A stretch of DNA of 63,828 nucleotides, filler included, from Octopus bimaculoides (GCF_001194135.2; 8 parts of 7 records of this genome joined end to end with filler, not necessarily neighbours in it); one strand, 5' to 3'. Shown: positions 27,423-41,298, counted from the first letter of the whole stretch. Notes: a model not told the origin generated them from the letters alone. Program-made: numbers and translations.

Positions 27423-28165
27423 GATTTCGATGATTTCATTTCCATAGTTTTTAATATAAATGTCGTAGCCAAACGTACTAAAGAACCCCACCAAAATTTT
27501 CAAAAACTCTGTTTTAATATGAATAGCATTCATGATGGTTTCACCAATAAGGAAGTAGTAAAACTATTTCTAGTAGGTTAAAAGGTTCTGTTCAATAAGG
27601 ATCATTGTTCATGCTCGGTAGAACCCTTAAACTTCATTACAGCGTACTTGAATACATTAACTGTTCAAAGCTTACCGCTGCAGATATTAAAATTAATAAC
27701 TAATGCTATATCATTCTCCCAGGTACAACTCACGAAATTAATAGCATGTGTGACAGTACAAGTTTAGTTATTCAAGACATTAAAAAAGAATTATGAAAGC
27801 AAAAATGGTCACTAAAAGTCGTCATTACGGAAAACAATGTTCATTCTAAGAATCAGCATTTCTTCAATCGGTGGATAATTACCGTTTACATCAATTAAAC
27901 AACATTTTCCTATTAAATTAGGGGTGACGATGATAATTAGTAAATCACAAGGGCAAACATCTGAGTAGATTAGTTTTTAACTATCAAAATACGTTATTCA
28001 CACATGTGCAACTTTATAATGCCTTATCCAGAGTGTCCGCAGGGTCATGTATATATATATATATANNNNNNNNNNNNNNNNNNNNNNNNNNNNNNNNNNN
28101 NNNNNNNNNTTAATTAATTAANNNNNNNNNNNNNNNNNNNNNNNNNNNNNNNNNNNNNNNNNNNN

Positions 28166-28722
28166 CTTTCAGATATGATCCATCCTATTCCTATAAAAAT
28201 GATAATTCTGTACAAAATGGTGTGCTACACTCAAATTGTCGTTTCTGCAAAGCTTTCAAATTTCCAAATGAAACTAATGGCATGTGCTGCTCGGGCAGTA
28301 AGGTAAGATTGCAAGCACTACCAGCTCCTTACCGTCTCCCATTGCAACCCATTTCTAGAATGTACCCATTTACCTAGAATATCTCCATTACACCTCCATT
28401 CATTTGACTGTCAACCATACGACGGGTCGTGTTAGACGTAGCGCTGACCGCCTCAAAGGAGAGTATTCCACTGAGCTTTTCGGTTGGTTAGAAAATTACA
28501 TACCTTCACCCCCAATTTTCCATGATAGGTTAGCACTTGGAATCCTCCACTCGTCCAATGTATTACATGTCGATTAGTCGAAGTAGACCATCCTTTACTC
28601 CACAAATGTTTTGTTGTCAATGCTGCACTTTCCCGATTCACCTGTTTCAACATAACTGTAATATATATATATCTATAAACTATACCATTTTAATCCCGAG
28701 CGACGCCGGGTGTCTCTGCTAG
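28166..28722 (+). mobile_element. Internally deleted Helitron (RepHel N-terminal Zn motif joined to 3' terminus)
   Basis: FRYDPS..CRFCKAFKFPNETNGMCCSGSKVRL; hairpin cccg.agcgacgc.cggg, then CTAG at 28719-28722 followed by T. Confidence 0.85.
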
Positions 28723-29429
28723 TATATATATATATATATATATATACATATATATGATTGTATAAGTGTATGTACATAGGTATATGTATGCATATATGTA
28801 TGTATGTATGTATATATCTGTATCTATCTATCAGTGTCATCGGTACTACAACCACCACCGTTATCACCGATCTACCATCACAACCACTACCAACAACAAC
28901 AACAACGCGAGCTGCAGTAGAAACATCACCAGCATCAACACCATCAGCATCACCAACACAACAAACACCACCATCATCAAAATCACCACCCCTTCATCGA
29001 ACACCATTACCCTCAGATCCCGCATATTGTTCTGTCGTTGTTGGCACAGTTTCAAAAGCATAGGAAAGATGAGAGGAAGATATGTAGAGAGCGAGGACAA
29101 TTAGATCTTAATTAACGGTTGTGTTAATTACCTGGTTTCTTTATCACAAATTCTGATGTCAAACGCAACAGATGCACCCCATGTTTATCTGGAGGATTAT
29201 TATGTCATTGTATGTGTATGTGTATGTGTATATGCATGTGTGTATGTGCGTTCGTGTGTATATGGATGTATAAATATTTATTTATATATATATATGCGTG
29301 TATGTATCTGGGTGTTAGTGTGTCTATGTATAAATATATGTATGTACATATATATATACATATACATGTATATCTATCTATATATCTATCTATCTATCTA
29401 TCTATATATTTATTTATTTATGTGTTTCA

Positions 29430-29621
29430 GCCAAGTGGCTGCGGTCTTTTGGATTTGGTTTGCAAGATTGTTTGTGATTTCTTGTGTTGAAGCATATTCT
29501 GTTGTGTCTGGGGAGAGTCATTTTCTTTTTGTGCCTTAAAATTTAACACACTCACCGTTTTCCACTTATTTTTATTTTCCTAAAATTTTCATTGCGTCTT
29601 GCAACCTTTTCAATAGTCTTG

Positions 29622-29625
<4 letters not shown>
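29430..29625 (-). mobile_element. PLE pseudo-LTR tail fragment related to the 50.7 kb family
   Basis: tttgcaagatt..tgtgttgaa.ca.at..tgt...ggggaga.gtcat aligns with 50720-50785. Confidence 0.5.
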
Positions 29626-29668
<43 letters not shown>

Positions 29669-29964
29669 ATATATATATATATATATTTATATATCGTTAT
29701 AAGATCATAAATCAGAAGAAGAGCATGCCATATAAAAAATAGAGCAGTTGTTTATAGTTTATAGTTGTTTTTAGTATGTGCATCAAGATCGAGCAACCAT
29801 AAAAGGAAACGCCACCCCTAGACCTTATGGTTCGCTCCCTCCTACTCCCTAAACGTTCGGACACGCGTAGGTAAGATTTTCCTCAAGTTGGTGGATAAGC
29901 ATTTCATGTGATCACACAAGATATAGAAAGATCGTTAACAAATAATAATTTAAGGATCTCTTTC

Positions 29965-30160
29965 AGCTGTGCACTCAACGTTAAGAAAAAATTACTTAGC
30001 ACTACTAAACCACAGACAATGGAAGGCTGTTGATGCAGAATTAGAAATGACTGCCCAGTGGACGGCTACAGTATACCAAGCAAAGATAACCTCAAACAGG
30101 AGCAGCACAAATAACGGTAACATCAATGCCAACACGGGGACACACATGTCAGATCTTGTG
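29965..30160 (+). mobile_element. Decayed Nematis-type PLE linker/GIY-YIG fragment
   Basis: KKLLSTTKPQTMEGC*CRIRNDCPVDGY, then frameshift to VYQAKITSN. Confidence 0.65.
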
Positions 30161-30387
30161 AATCCAGACTTAAAATTCGCCTGAACAACCACAGATCTTC
30201 TCTCAGGGTCCCGTTAATATCAGGTGGAAATTACTAGAAACTTGTGGACCCTATCGTAATGGAACAAGGCTATGTAAATTGTGTATGGCAGAAAGATATA
30301 TAACCTTTATAAACTCACAGCAGCCAGGATATATATACATGCTTGTGTATGTGTATTACATACACACACATACATATAGATATACCT

Positions 30388-30443
<56 letters not shown>

Positions 30444-30859
30444 GTATACAAATACATGTGAGATCATGCACGCACACAGTTATATGTGCGAGTGCGCGCG
30501 TGTGTGCCCGTGCGTGTGCGTATGTGTTTGTATACACGCACATGCGTACATTTAAACATTCATACACACATGTATACAAGAGTTTTCGTTAGCATGTTGC
30601 TACAATACAAACCGAGCAGCTCGCGATCAAAGCAAACGCCAACGAAAGCAATGAATTGGAACACTACTTTGAAAATATATATTAGTTCCTTGTATTTCGG
30701 GTAAACTATCCCTCGTCATAGGTAAACAGTTAAACAATGATCAGAGAGCGAATAGAATGATTTATACGTTTACTATCTAATCTTTTAATATAAGGAAACA
30801 GTAAATATATCGACGGCAATATTTCGATATTGTTTTTATTGTAGCTTCTGAGGGAATGA

Positions 30860-31060
30860 GATGTCAGTGTCGTTATCGAACCGGACAAAATGCTTACCGG
30901 CATTTCATACGATTAGATTTAAAATTTCGCCGAGGTCAACTTTACCTTTCATCCTTTCGGTGTCGATATAATAAAAGCCAGTCACGTGCTGGGTCAATGT
31001 AATCGATTGACGCCATCCCACCAAAAGCTGGTGCTGCTGTGCCACAATGTAAAAGCGTTA
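30860..31060 (+). mobile_element. SINE S2 copy
   Basis: gccgaggtcaactttacctttcatcctttcggtgtcgat...aatgtaatcgatt. Confidence 0.7.
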
Positions 31061-31274
31061 TTGTTGCTTCTGTTGAAAGCGCGTGGCTTGGTGGTTCGGA
31101 GGTTGTTCTGACTTTCATGAGAGCGTAGGTTCAAGTCATGGGACGGGCAGTGCATAGTGTTCTTCGAAATGAGTCAAATTCGCAGAGTAGTAACTGCTTC
31201 GAACAAAACGCTTAGCGGCATATGAGTGTGTGCGTGTGTGTTTTATGTGTGTGTGTGTGTTTTATGTGTGCGTG

Positions 31275-31395
31275 TTCGACGTACTCTGTACAATTCACTC
31301 TGTAAATACCTGATATGTATGCCCTCGACGTACTCTGTGAAATTTACTCCGTAAATAACTGACGCATATACCATCGACGTACTCTGTACACTGGA
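31275..31395. repeat. Minisatellite, about 50-bp unit x2.3
   Basis: tcgacgtactctgt occurs three times at near-regular spacing. Confidence 0.7.
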
Positions 31396-31731
31396 CGTAT
31401 GTTTATGAGCAAGGGCATACGTTTTAAACGATTCAATACCGCTATTGAATAAACCCGTGAGTGTGTGCGTGTGCGTATGTGTACGTGTGCATGTGCGTGT
31501 GTGTGTGTAAGCGTGTGTATGTAAGGGTGTTTCAAAGGCCTAAGTCTATAATGTCCAATGCTTAAATAGTTGGTTGAAAATGACTTCAAGTTCTATGCAA
31601 CCCCTCAGGCACTTTCCCTATATCATTTGCAAATATAGTGAGTTTGTGTGTACAATCATGTATATACATACATATATACATACATACATACATACACATA
31701 TATATATACATACATATATACACATATATAT

Positions 31732-31793
<62 letters not shown>

Positions 31794-32042
31794 TATATAT
31801 ATGTTTATATGTGTGCATATATGTGGGTGCATCTATGTACGTATATACGTATATATAGGTATATGTATGTATATATTGAGACAGACAGACAGACAGATGT
31901 ACTCGCACAGATTCCAGCAACGGATATTGAAAACTATTGAAACCGTTGTACAGAAGTTGAAGTGTTGTTCAACCATTTATTTAAACACCTCAGATAATAG
32001 CTGAAGGCCCTTTTAGTATTATCATTACTGTTTCTGTCACTA

Positions 32043-32081
<39 letters not shown>

Positions 32082-32764
32082 GAAACGCACGCACGCACGC
32101 ACGCACACACATGTATGTATCTATGCTTTTATGAATGTGTATGTGTGAATGTACTTATATAGTTATCATACACACCTAGATCTTGGTAACGCCCACACTA
32201 TTAGATGTAATGTTACACCATGGGGTACAATCCGCCTACACGCATTATTTCGCCTTTCGAATGATGCCATCCCGTTTGCGAGGCTGGAAAGCCAACTTAT
32301 TATTATTATTAAGAGTCGGAGAACAGGAATTGGAGAACGCTCCTGCTCTTGGTGATCAGCTGGATTTAGGACGTGAAAGTTCCCTAATTATCCGTAGAGG
32401 TTCTCCTGCGTCAGGAGGACCCCATCACTATCATCACAAACCCATTTATTTTATATTTTATTTTATTTTATTTTCATTCGTGTGTGCTATGTATTTTGCC
32501 CTCCTCTTTTTTATTGTATATTGTGTGTCCTTTCTATACATTTATATATGGTTTTTCTCATATTTCATATGTAAACCCCAACACTTGATATCTGTCTTTG
32601 TACTTTCCCCCTTATTTTTCACCCAGGTAACACATAAAAGAAATCAACATCATCATCATCATCATCATCATTACACACGCGCGCGTGCACATGTATGTAT
32701 CTATGCATTTATGAGTGTGTGTGTATGCATGTACCTATATATTTATCATATATGCCTGGATCAT

Positions 32765-33145
32765 GGTGTTGGCAGTCCGTCGCTTACGACGTCGAGGGTT
32801 CCAGTCGATCCGATCAACGGAACAGTCTGCTCGTGAAATTACCGTGCAAATGGCTGAGCACTCCACAGACACGTGTACCCTTAACGTAGTTCTCGGGGAT
32901 ATTCAGCGTGACACAGTGTGACAAGGATGATCCTTTGAATTACAGGCACAACAGAAACAGGAAGTAACAGTGAGGGAAAGTTGTGGTGAAAGAGTACAGC
33001 AGGGTTCACCACCATCCCCTGCCGGAGCCTCGTGGAGCTTTAGGTGTTTTCGCTCAATAAACACTCACAACGCCCAATCTGGGAATCGAAACCACGATCC
33101 TATGACCACAAGTCCGCAGCCCTAATCACTGGGCCATTGCGCCTC
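32765..33145 (-). mobile_element. Near full-length SINE S3
   Basis: The minus strand starts gtggaggcgcaatggcccagtgattagggctgcggac..ggtttcgattccc (tRNA head with A and B boxes). Confidence 0.85.
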
Positions 33146-33744
33146 CACTTGGACATACGACAATTTAACATAATAGCAACGATATATATATACGTGTATA
33201 TAGATATTTATATATTGGACATACGACAGTTTAACATAATAGCAACGAGATATATATANNNNNNNNNNNNNNNNNNNNNNNNNNNNNNNNNNNNNNNNNN
33301 NNNNNNNNNNNNNNNNNNNNNNNNNNNNNNNNNNNNNNNNNNNNNNNNNNNNNNNNNNNNNNNNNNNNNNNNNNNNNNNNNNNNNNNNNNNNNNNNNNNN
33401 NNNNNNNNNNNNNNNNNNNNNNNNNNNNNNNNNNNNNNNNNNNNNNNNNNNNNNNNNNNNNNNNNNNNNNNNNNNNNNNNNNNNNNNNNNNNNNNNNNNN
33501 NNNNNNNNNNNNNNNNNNNNNNNNNNNNNNNNNNNNNNNNNNNNNNNNNNNNNNNNNNNNNNNNNNNNNNNNNNNNNNNNNNNNNNNNNNNNNNNNNNNN
33601 NNNNNNNNNNNNNNNNNNNNNNNNNNNNNNNNNNNNNNNNNNNNNNNNNNNNNNNNNNNNNNNNNNNNNNNNNNNNNNNNNNNNNNNNNNNNNNNNNATA
33701 TATATATATATATATATATAAATATATACAAATATAAATATATA

Positions 33745-33975
33745 CAAGTGTGTTATTATGTGTGCATGTCTCTGTGTTTGTCCCCTACGCCGCCACTTGA
33801 CAATTTGATATTCGTGTGTTTGCATTCCCTAATTTATGGTTCAAAGGAGAATAATAGAATAAGTACCAGGCTTAAACGAAAAATGCACTGGGGCCGATTC
33901 ATTCGACTAAAACCCTTCAAGATGGTGCCCCAGCATAACTGCCATCTAATGACCGAAATAAGCAAAAGGTAAGAG
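33745..33975 (+). mobile_element. SINE S1, B module
   Basis: tttgtcccc..cttgacaa...aataagtaccaggctt..cgattcattcgactaaa..ggtgccccagcat. Confidence 0.7.
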
Positions 33976-34321
33976 AATAGACAATGAAATGAAATACTGA
34001 TCCCGGGAAACTAATTTAAATTTGCACGTATTATCAGAGGTTCCGAGCAGTCAGCTAGATACAAATAAAAGGCCTTGTTAAGTTGGGTGATTGATGAATG
34101 TTATCACACAGCAATGGGGAAACGTAGAGTTCGTCTGGCAATCACACTTTGCATTTTCCGGTCGTTCGGTTGGCCCTGTTGCTTCTCAAAAGCCTTTTCA
34201 TAAGTTTGTCCTGAACGTCCATGCTGGTTTTTGCTCTTTTACCAATTGGAGGTGTGTAATGTGTCATCGTAGAATGTATCACACACAATTGAGAACGTAA
34301 ACAACAACAACAACAACAACA

Positions 34322-35400
34322 ATGGTTTGAAATTTCGCCACAAGGGCAGCAACTTGAGGGGAGGGGATGAGTCGATTACACCGGCCCTAGTGTTTCACTG
34401 ATACTTACTTTATCGACCTCCGAAAGGGTAAAAGGCAAAGTCGACCGCGGAGTAATTTGAACTCAGAACGTAGAAATGCCGCTAAGCATTTTGTCCGGAG
34501 CGGTAACGATTCGAACAGCTCGTTGCCTCGATAATAATAATAATAATAATATCAACTATAGGCACAAAACCTGAAATTTTGGAAGGAGGGTAGTCGACTA
34601 CATCGACGCCAGTGTTTTGCTGTTGCTTATTTTATTAACCCCGAAAGGATGAAAGGCAAAGTCGACCTCGACAGAATTTGAACTCCGAACGTATGGACGG
34701 ACGAAATGCCGCTAAGCATTCTGCCCGGCCTGCTAATCATTCTTTTCAACTCTTAACACAAGGCCCAAAACGTTGTGGGAGTGGGGCCAGCCGATTAGAT
34801 CGAACCCAGTACGCAAGTGGCACTTAATCCGAAAGGATGAAAGGCAAAGTCGATCTCGGCGGAATTTGAACTCAGAACGTAAAGACAGACGAAATACCGC
34901 TAAGCATCTCGCCCGGCGTGCTAACGTTTCTTATTTCTTTACTGCCCACAAGGGGCTACATACAGAGGGTACAAACAAAGACAGACAAAGGGATTAAGTC
35001 GATTATATCGATCCCAGTGCGTAACTGGTACTTATTTAATCGACCCCGAAAGGATGAAAGGCAAAGTCGACCTCGGCGGAATTTGAACTCAGAACGTAGC
35101 GGCAGACGAAATACCGTTAAGCATTTCACCCGCCGTGCTAACGTTTCTGTCATCTCGCCGACTTAGACAATAATAATAATAATAATTCTTTCTACTAGAG
35201 ACACATGGCTTGAAATTTTTGGGGAGGGGGTTAATCATTATATTGACCTTAACGCTTAGCTGGCATTTATTTTATCGATGTCAAAAGGATGGAAGGCAAA
35301 GTTAACCTCGGTGGAATTTGAACTCAGTACTTAAAGGCTGACGAAATGCTGCTAAGCATTTCGCCCAACGTGCTAACGACTCTGCCAGCTCACTGCCTTA
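34322..35400 (-). mobile_element. Head-to-tail array of five SINE S2 copies
   Basis: The aaaggcaaagt.ac.c.g.g.aatttgaactc core recurs at about 34430, 34650, 34840, 35055 and 35295, all in one orientation. Confidence 0.85.
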
Positions 35401-36234
35401 AAATCAGAAATTATTAGAGAAAAAGTTATTTGACTTACACTTCTGATGAGTTCGATTAATTGTTTAGCAGTTATAGCATCCTTGCTAGATCCTGGGACAT
35501 GTTCTGGAGAAAATTAAAGATTAAATAAATTAATTAGTAGATAAATTAGTAAATAACTGTAACGAAATAACAACGACAGCATCGGTGATAACGATTATGA
35601 TGATGACGATAGCAAGTAAAAGAAACGGTTACGGCAGCGATGACACCACCACCACCAACAACAACAACAATGACGACGACGACGACATTGATGGCAGAAC
35701 AATAACGTTAACAATGGTGACGCAGTCGATGATGACAACACGGGCAGCAAAGCAACTTCAACGATGACGAGAAAGACGATAGCAACAACATCAACCATGA
35801 CAACGATAATGATAAAGCAGTAACACCAATAGTGATGACGATGATTACTTCAAAGACAATATCAACAGCAACAACAATGATGTCTAACTCCTTAATGGAG
35901 CTAGTGCTACACAAATGGCGAAACCAAAATAAAGAGTAACGTGAGACTGAAAGTTTTTCCCCATTTTGTATCTAGCTTTTCTCCCACTTTTATAGCGCCC
36001 TCTAGCGCTCGAAATGGGTCGGTTGGTCTTGCGTCACTGCTACTCAACCATGTCCGATTTATTCGCTTTTCCTCTTCTCGCCGACCATGTCAAAGCCACC
36101 GTCTTAAGCTGCACGCTAATCACTATGCTTAGTTATGTTCCACCCATAAACGTTCGCCCTCTCTGTAATCAACTCCCTACCTCTGTCCATTTTTTCTTAT
36201 TCTTTTCCTGCAACCGTCGAATTGAGATTGTTAT

Positions 36235-36625
36235 TCTTTCATTTGTTTCAGTCATTTGACTGCCGCCATGCTGGAACACCGCCTTTAGTCGGACTAAAAT
36301 CGACCTCAGGATTTATTCTTTTTAAGCCTAGTACTTATTCTATTTCTCTCTATGGCCTAGTACTTATTCTACCGCTCTCTATGGCCAGCTGTCAAGCGAT
36401 GATGGTGGGGAGGGAGACAAATACACACACACACAGCTCACACACACATATATACGACGGACTTCTTTCAGTTTCCGTCTAGCAAATCCACTCATAAGGA
36501 TTTGGTCGGCCCGTGACAATAGTACAAGACACTTGCCTAAGGTGCCACGCAGTAGAACTGAACCCAGAACAGGAACCATGTAGCTGAGAAACAAGCTTCT
36601 TGCCATACAACCACTCCTGCGCCTG
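36235..36625 (-). mobile_element. Full SINE S1 copy
   Basis: B and A modules plus tRNA head; local duplication of cctagtacttattcta. Confidence 0.8.
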
Positions 36626-37043
36626 TGGTTGTAGAAGAATGTTAACGTCTACCTCATAGGGCTTTCCTTTTAACCAACCCAATAATATAGCTATGAAATA
36701 AAGTTATATATCAAATAAAACCTGTTTAATTAGAAAAATAAATACAGCACCGCATTTTCTGTCCATCCGTTGACAATATAAATTGGAAAGGGATGAGACG
36801 AAACTCTACCGGAAGTTGATTGCAAAGCCGTAAATTAGTGGGAATTTTTTTTATGTTTGTGTGTTTAAGAGTGTAGAAGGAAATGTTTTTTATACTAATA
36901 TGCTCTTATACAGACGCCCATATAAAGAATACACACAAACGCGCATAAATACATACAAACATCTACATATATGCATGCGTGTTTGTCAGTGTATATAATC
37001 AATATTTCTATAATTGTATGTGCACGCATATGTTATATATATA

Positions 37044-37339
37044 TCTATGTATATAAAAATGAGAATGTGTGTCTGTCTGTCTGTCTGTCTGTCTGTGTGA
37101 ATCCCTAAAACTCGAGAACTACGCAACCAATTTCATTCAAATTTTACACATGCCTTACTTAGGGTTCCAGTTGTGTTTTAGTCAAAAAAAATTTTAACTT
37201 CTTGCAGAGTTCGAGCACACGGCAACATAATATCTCCTCCACTATTTAAGTATTACGTGTCAAAAGTGAAACAAAAACACTCATGTCAAATACTTTCACT
37301 TTAAAAATGAAACTATTCTACTAACTGAAACAATCACAT
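37044..37339 (+). mobile_element. Helitron 5' end (TC start + (GTCT)n)
   Basis: A|TCTATGTATATAAAAATG followed by (GTCT)n, typical of non-autonomous Helitrons; truncated by the spacer. Confidence 0.55.
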
Positions 37340-37439
37340 NNNNNNNNNNNNNNNNNNNNNNNNNNNNNNNNNNNNNNNNNNNNTTAATTAATTAANNNNN
37401 NNNNNNNNNNNNNNNNNNNNNNNNNNNNNNNNNNNNNNN

Positions 37440-37548
37440 CCAGCAGTCTGGTTCCCTCCTCGTTGCGGAAACCGAAGCCATAGCCTCCATGTATGCCATG
37501 GAAGCCTCCAGCACGACGTCCGACATGACCGTTGAGTACAATGAAAAT
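37440..37548 (-). mobile_element. RTE-clade LINE AP-endonuclease fragment
   Basis: LNGHVG...GIHGGYGFGFRNEEGTRLL. Confidence 0.8.
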
Positions 37549-38077
37549 GTACTCCTCAGCTGCATAATGGAATTTCATTTTAGAAAGTCATTTTGAAGAT
37601 GTTTGCAAAAAACAAGAGTAAGAGAAGAAAACATACCATCTCGATTATGCTGCTGTTCAACAGACTTTCTAAAATGAAATTCCATTATGCAGCTGAGGAG
37701 TACTTTTCATTGTACATTCTATGTGGTGTTCTCACTACATGAATAAATGGAGCTTGTAAGAAACATACGTACTGCTATAATTTATTGAATTTTTGTTGCT
37801 TATCTTCAAATATATATAAATATATATATAGGTTGAATAAAATGAGACTACAAAGCCAAGAGTGAAATTTCTAGGACATTTTATAAAGAGAAGGGTAGTC
37901 TTAAAGCTGTTTCAGGAATATAAAAGATATCCCATCGTCAGAGATAATATGAGAGAGTTGAATGAAATGGAATGAAATAGTAGTGTTCAATATAAGAAGT
38001 TATAAAGAAAAGTAATGCCTTTTCAATCTGGATAACAAAACCACTCCTTATATATATATATATATACACACACACAG

Positions 38078-38108
<31 letters not shown>

Positions 38109-38127
38109 TATAGATATAGACAGATAG

Positions 38128-38168
<41 letters not shown>

Positions 38169-39384
38169 TATACATATATGTATGTCTATACATATGTCTA
38201 TACATATATATATGTATGTTTATATGTATATGTATACATACATATATGTATATACATGTATGTATATATACACATATATGCATGTATATACACATATGTA
38301 TATACATATATGTATATGTATATACATGTATGTATATATATACATATATGTATATATATATATACATATACATGTATATACATATACATGTATATACATA
38401 TATGTATACATATTTTAATTTATATATATATATATTAATATTATCTTGGTTGAAAAACTTCGATAATGCAAATATGTTAATAGTTACCAGGGTAGCAAAA
38501 ATCACACAAAAACTGGGATATTATACCTGGTTAATGGGTAGAAATTCCATGTTAAAGTGATGTATTTTGAGTTGGGAGCAAAACGCATATATTCAATAAG
38601 TTCCTTTACTTCCTACATATATTTCAAAAATTATGTGCACTCTACTCCAAAGAAGGGAGAGATGCTGGTATATGCACATAAATTCATTGTCAGGGAACCA
38701 TATTACAAATGCAAGACTTGCGCTGAATGCTAAGGTTACGTACGAGTAATAACACTATATAGCTAAGTTAAATGATCGTTAGAAACAAGAACGCTAGTTT
38801 ACAGGGAGCTGTTTAGGGAGAGAGGCTATGAATAGAGTTTAAATTAAAAGAAGACATAATGAACCGCAGGAAAATCTTAAAGTTAATAATAATGGTAATA
38901 AAATTTTTTTTTAATAAATAGAAGGAGAAAGGGAGAGAATCCAATGAATTCTTTATATACTACTAATTGTGTAAATGAGGGTTTATAAGGAAGGAAAATT
39001 AAAGATGGATTGTAAATATAATTAACCATAATATTGTATCATATTAAGTTACGGTAATTAACCTAAATAAATGGCAATACAAGGTACAAAACTATAAAGT
39101 GACGGAATAATAAGAATAAACATGCTTACGATAACAAAATCGGTAGTATATATGTAAATATATACAAGTATACTTAAAACTCAACAAATATAACTTTTCA
39201 GGGATAAACTTGCTGTACCAACTAGAGAAGGAGAAAGAGTGTGAACAACTGGCGCTGGGGTTAGATATAATTGTTATTTTAGATAATATTATAATATTAT
39301 TCTCATAGTTGTTTTATTATTATTATTATTGTTATAAATGTAAAAATAAATTTATTATTATTATTACTATTATTGTTATTGTCT

Positions 39385-41205
39385 AAAGTTGAATAAATAA
39401 AAAGTGGGGTGATAGTTCATACCACATGTAAAGTGGCCGTCAACTAGTGAGTATGTTGGTAGGTGAAAAAAATAATAACTAAAATTAGTAAAAAGGATGA
39501 AATTAATGAAACGAGCTGAAGGTGTGTTTCGTCCAATGCTGGCATCTGTATGCTCTGTGTTATCTGGTTCACTAAATTATTCCTGGCGAACAGAATGTGG
39601 AATATCTCCAAGTTACAGAGAGGACAAAAATCTTTACCCTTGTCGTAGGGTATCGAGGTAGCCAGTATTGACCATTCCAAAGAGAATCATTTATTGCAGT
39701 CCTTAAGTTTCCAGATTAACTTACTAAGACCAGTACTATTATTTTTATTCCTATACCTAAAGGATGAGTAATGGTTAGAGATTCTCTTAGAGACCTGCGA
39801 CGAAGAGCAACCAATATAATGCGAGACCTCTGTGTTAGTCATTACCTTACACTGATAAACCACATTTTTGGTCCTAGCATTCACACTTAAAAACTTGATT
39901 CTATTACAATTAGATTCTGAGATACTAATCTTATTGTTGTGATAGTTATTGTTATATTTACTAATGTTGTACTTATAACCTATATTTTTATCTAAATAAC
40001 TATTGCTACCATAGGAGTGTGTTGAATTACTGGAGTAATTGTTATTATTATTATTATTACTAACATTACTATTATTATCATAATTGGTATGGCTGACTAG
40101 AGGTGAATCTAAAAGTCTAAAATTATGGGAAGATATTATTTGTAACATATTTTTTGTATTAGAAAACCCAAATCTAACCTAATGTGTGTTGATGATTGGG
40201 TAATAGTGAGAACCCCAAGGAAAGTTCCTATTCACTGTGTCACGGAACTGCAAAACCAAATTGGATTTAACTTGTTTCTCAAATGGGACGGTGAACCAGA
40301 TGTTGTCATCAGATCTAGGTGCAGTGTTGGTATTGCTAAATAAATTAAGTTTTTTGTTTTTATTAAGGTGTTTAGAACTGGTTAAGCCTCCTCTTTTATG
40401 TGAATGATTATAAGTAAGTGCCTCTTTCTCAGTTAAGTGAGAAGAAGGGGAAGAAATACAATTGAGTTTATCCCTGCTAGAAGTGGTAATATCCTGCTGC
40501 AAAAAAGATGAAAGATCACTAAATGAATTGATGTATCTTACCTTGTCTTTGTAACCTACCTTCAACAAAGCTGAATTAGAAAAGTCAGCCTCTTTATTGA
40601 AAATGTGGGAGTTAGAGGAAAGTTTAGACAGTCTCAGTGAAATACTCTTAACTAAATTACTGGTGATAGACCTTGGATGGTTACTAAAAGGGCTTATGTA
40701 CCTAAGATTCGTTGATGGTTTATGGAAAGGAAAGTGTGTGTTACTATGTAAGTCCAAATACATCTAGAAAGTTGGCTACGGAGACCTCATCCTCAAATAC
40801 GATGCCAAAACCCATTCTCCGGGAGAATCTAGCTAATCTATTTTTAACCTTTTGGATGTGCTGGATAGTGACATTTTGGAGGTATAGCAGACAATCATCT
40901 CTGTATAGACCTCCATTAATATTTGGGAATTGGTCTGCCAGTTCATATAATATATACGAACAAACTATATCAGCTATTTGAGCTGCATCTGAACTTCCCA
41001 TAGGAACGCCGAAAGCCTCCAGAGTATCCTTACGTATCTGTAGCTTATTGTTAAATTTTATAATTGATTTTAGAGCCTCTAATATTACACTAATTTCGTC
41101 CCTAGAAAGACCTGCCTTATTATTGGTGAACCCAAGTGCCTTGTTAAGAATTATGGGGTTAATTAATGAGTAGAAACTAGATGTGTCGAACTGTATAAAT
41201 ACGGT
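39385..41205 (-). mobile_element. 5'-truncated Nematis-type Penelope-like element (RT + GIY-YIG), frameshifted
   Basis: FIQFD..SFY, FGVPMGSSDAAQIADIV, GGLYRDDC, ANFLDV, FHKP..NLRYI..FSNHP, VVYQCKV...HYIGCSS..SKRISNHYSSF. Flanked by (TA)n at the 5' end and (TAA)n at the 3' end. Confidence 0.9.
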
Positions 41206-41210
41206 GTATC

Positions 41211-41242
<32 letters not shown>

Positions 41243-41266
41243 CATGTGTGTATGTATGTGTGTATG

Positions 41267-41298
<32 letters not shown>

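Noticed and set aside
30020-30045. In-frame TGA in a PLE C-x-C linker as possible selenocysteine (as in some Naiad PLEs)
   Set aside because: The TGA occupies the x position, not a Cys; the fragment is frameshifted and no SECIS is evident.
31275-35400. Repeat-spacer-like arrays as CRISPR
   Set aside because: The context is eukaryotic; the units are a minisatellite and SINE copies, with no constant repeat and unique-spacer pattern and no cas genes.
35994-36008. CTCF-like motif gcgccctctagcgc
   Set aside because: A single imperfect match inside probable repeat sequence, with no supporting context.
39400-39450. HHR-like hairpin at the 3' end of the Nematis PLE (TTGACGG-ccac..gtgg-..GAAC)
   Set aside because: Both core strands carry several substitutions and stems I and III do not form convincingly.
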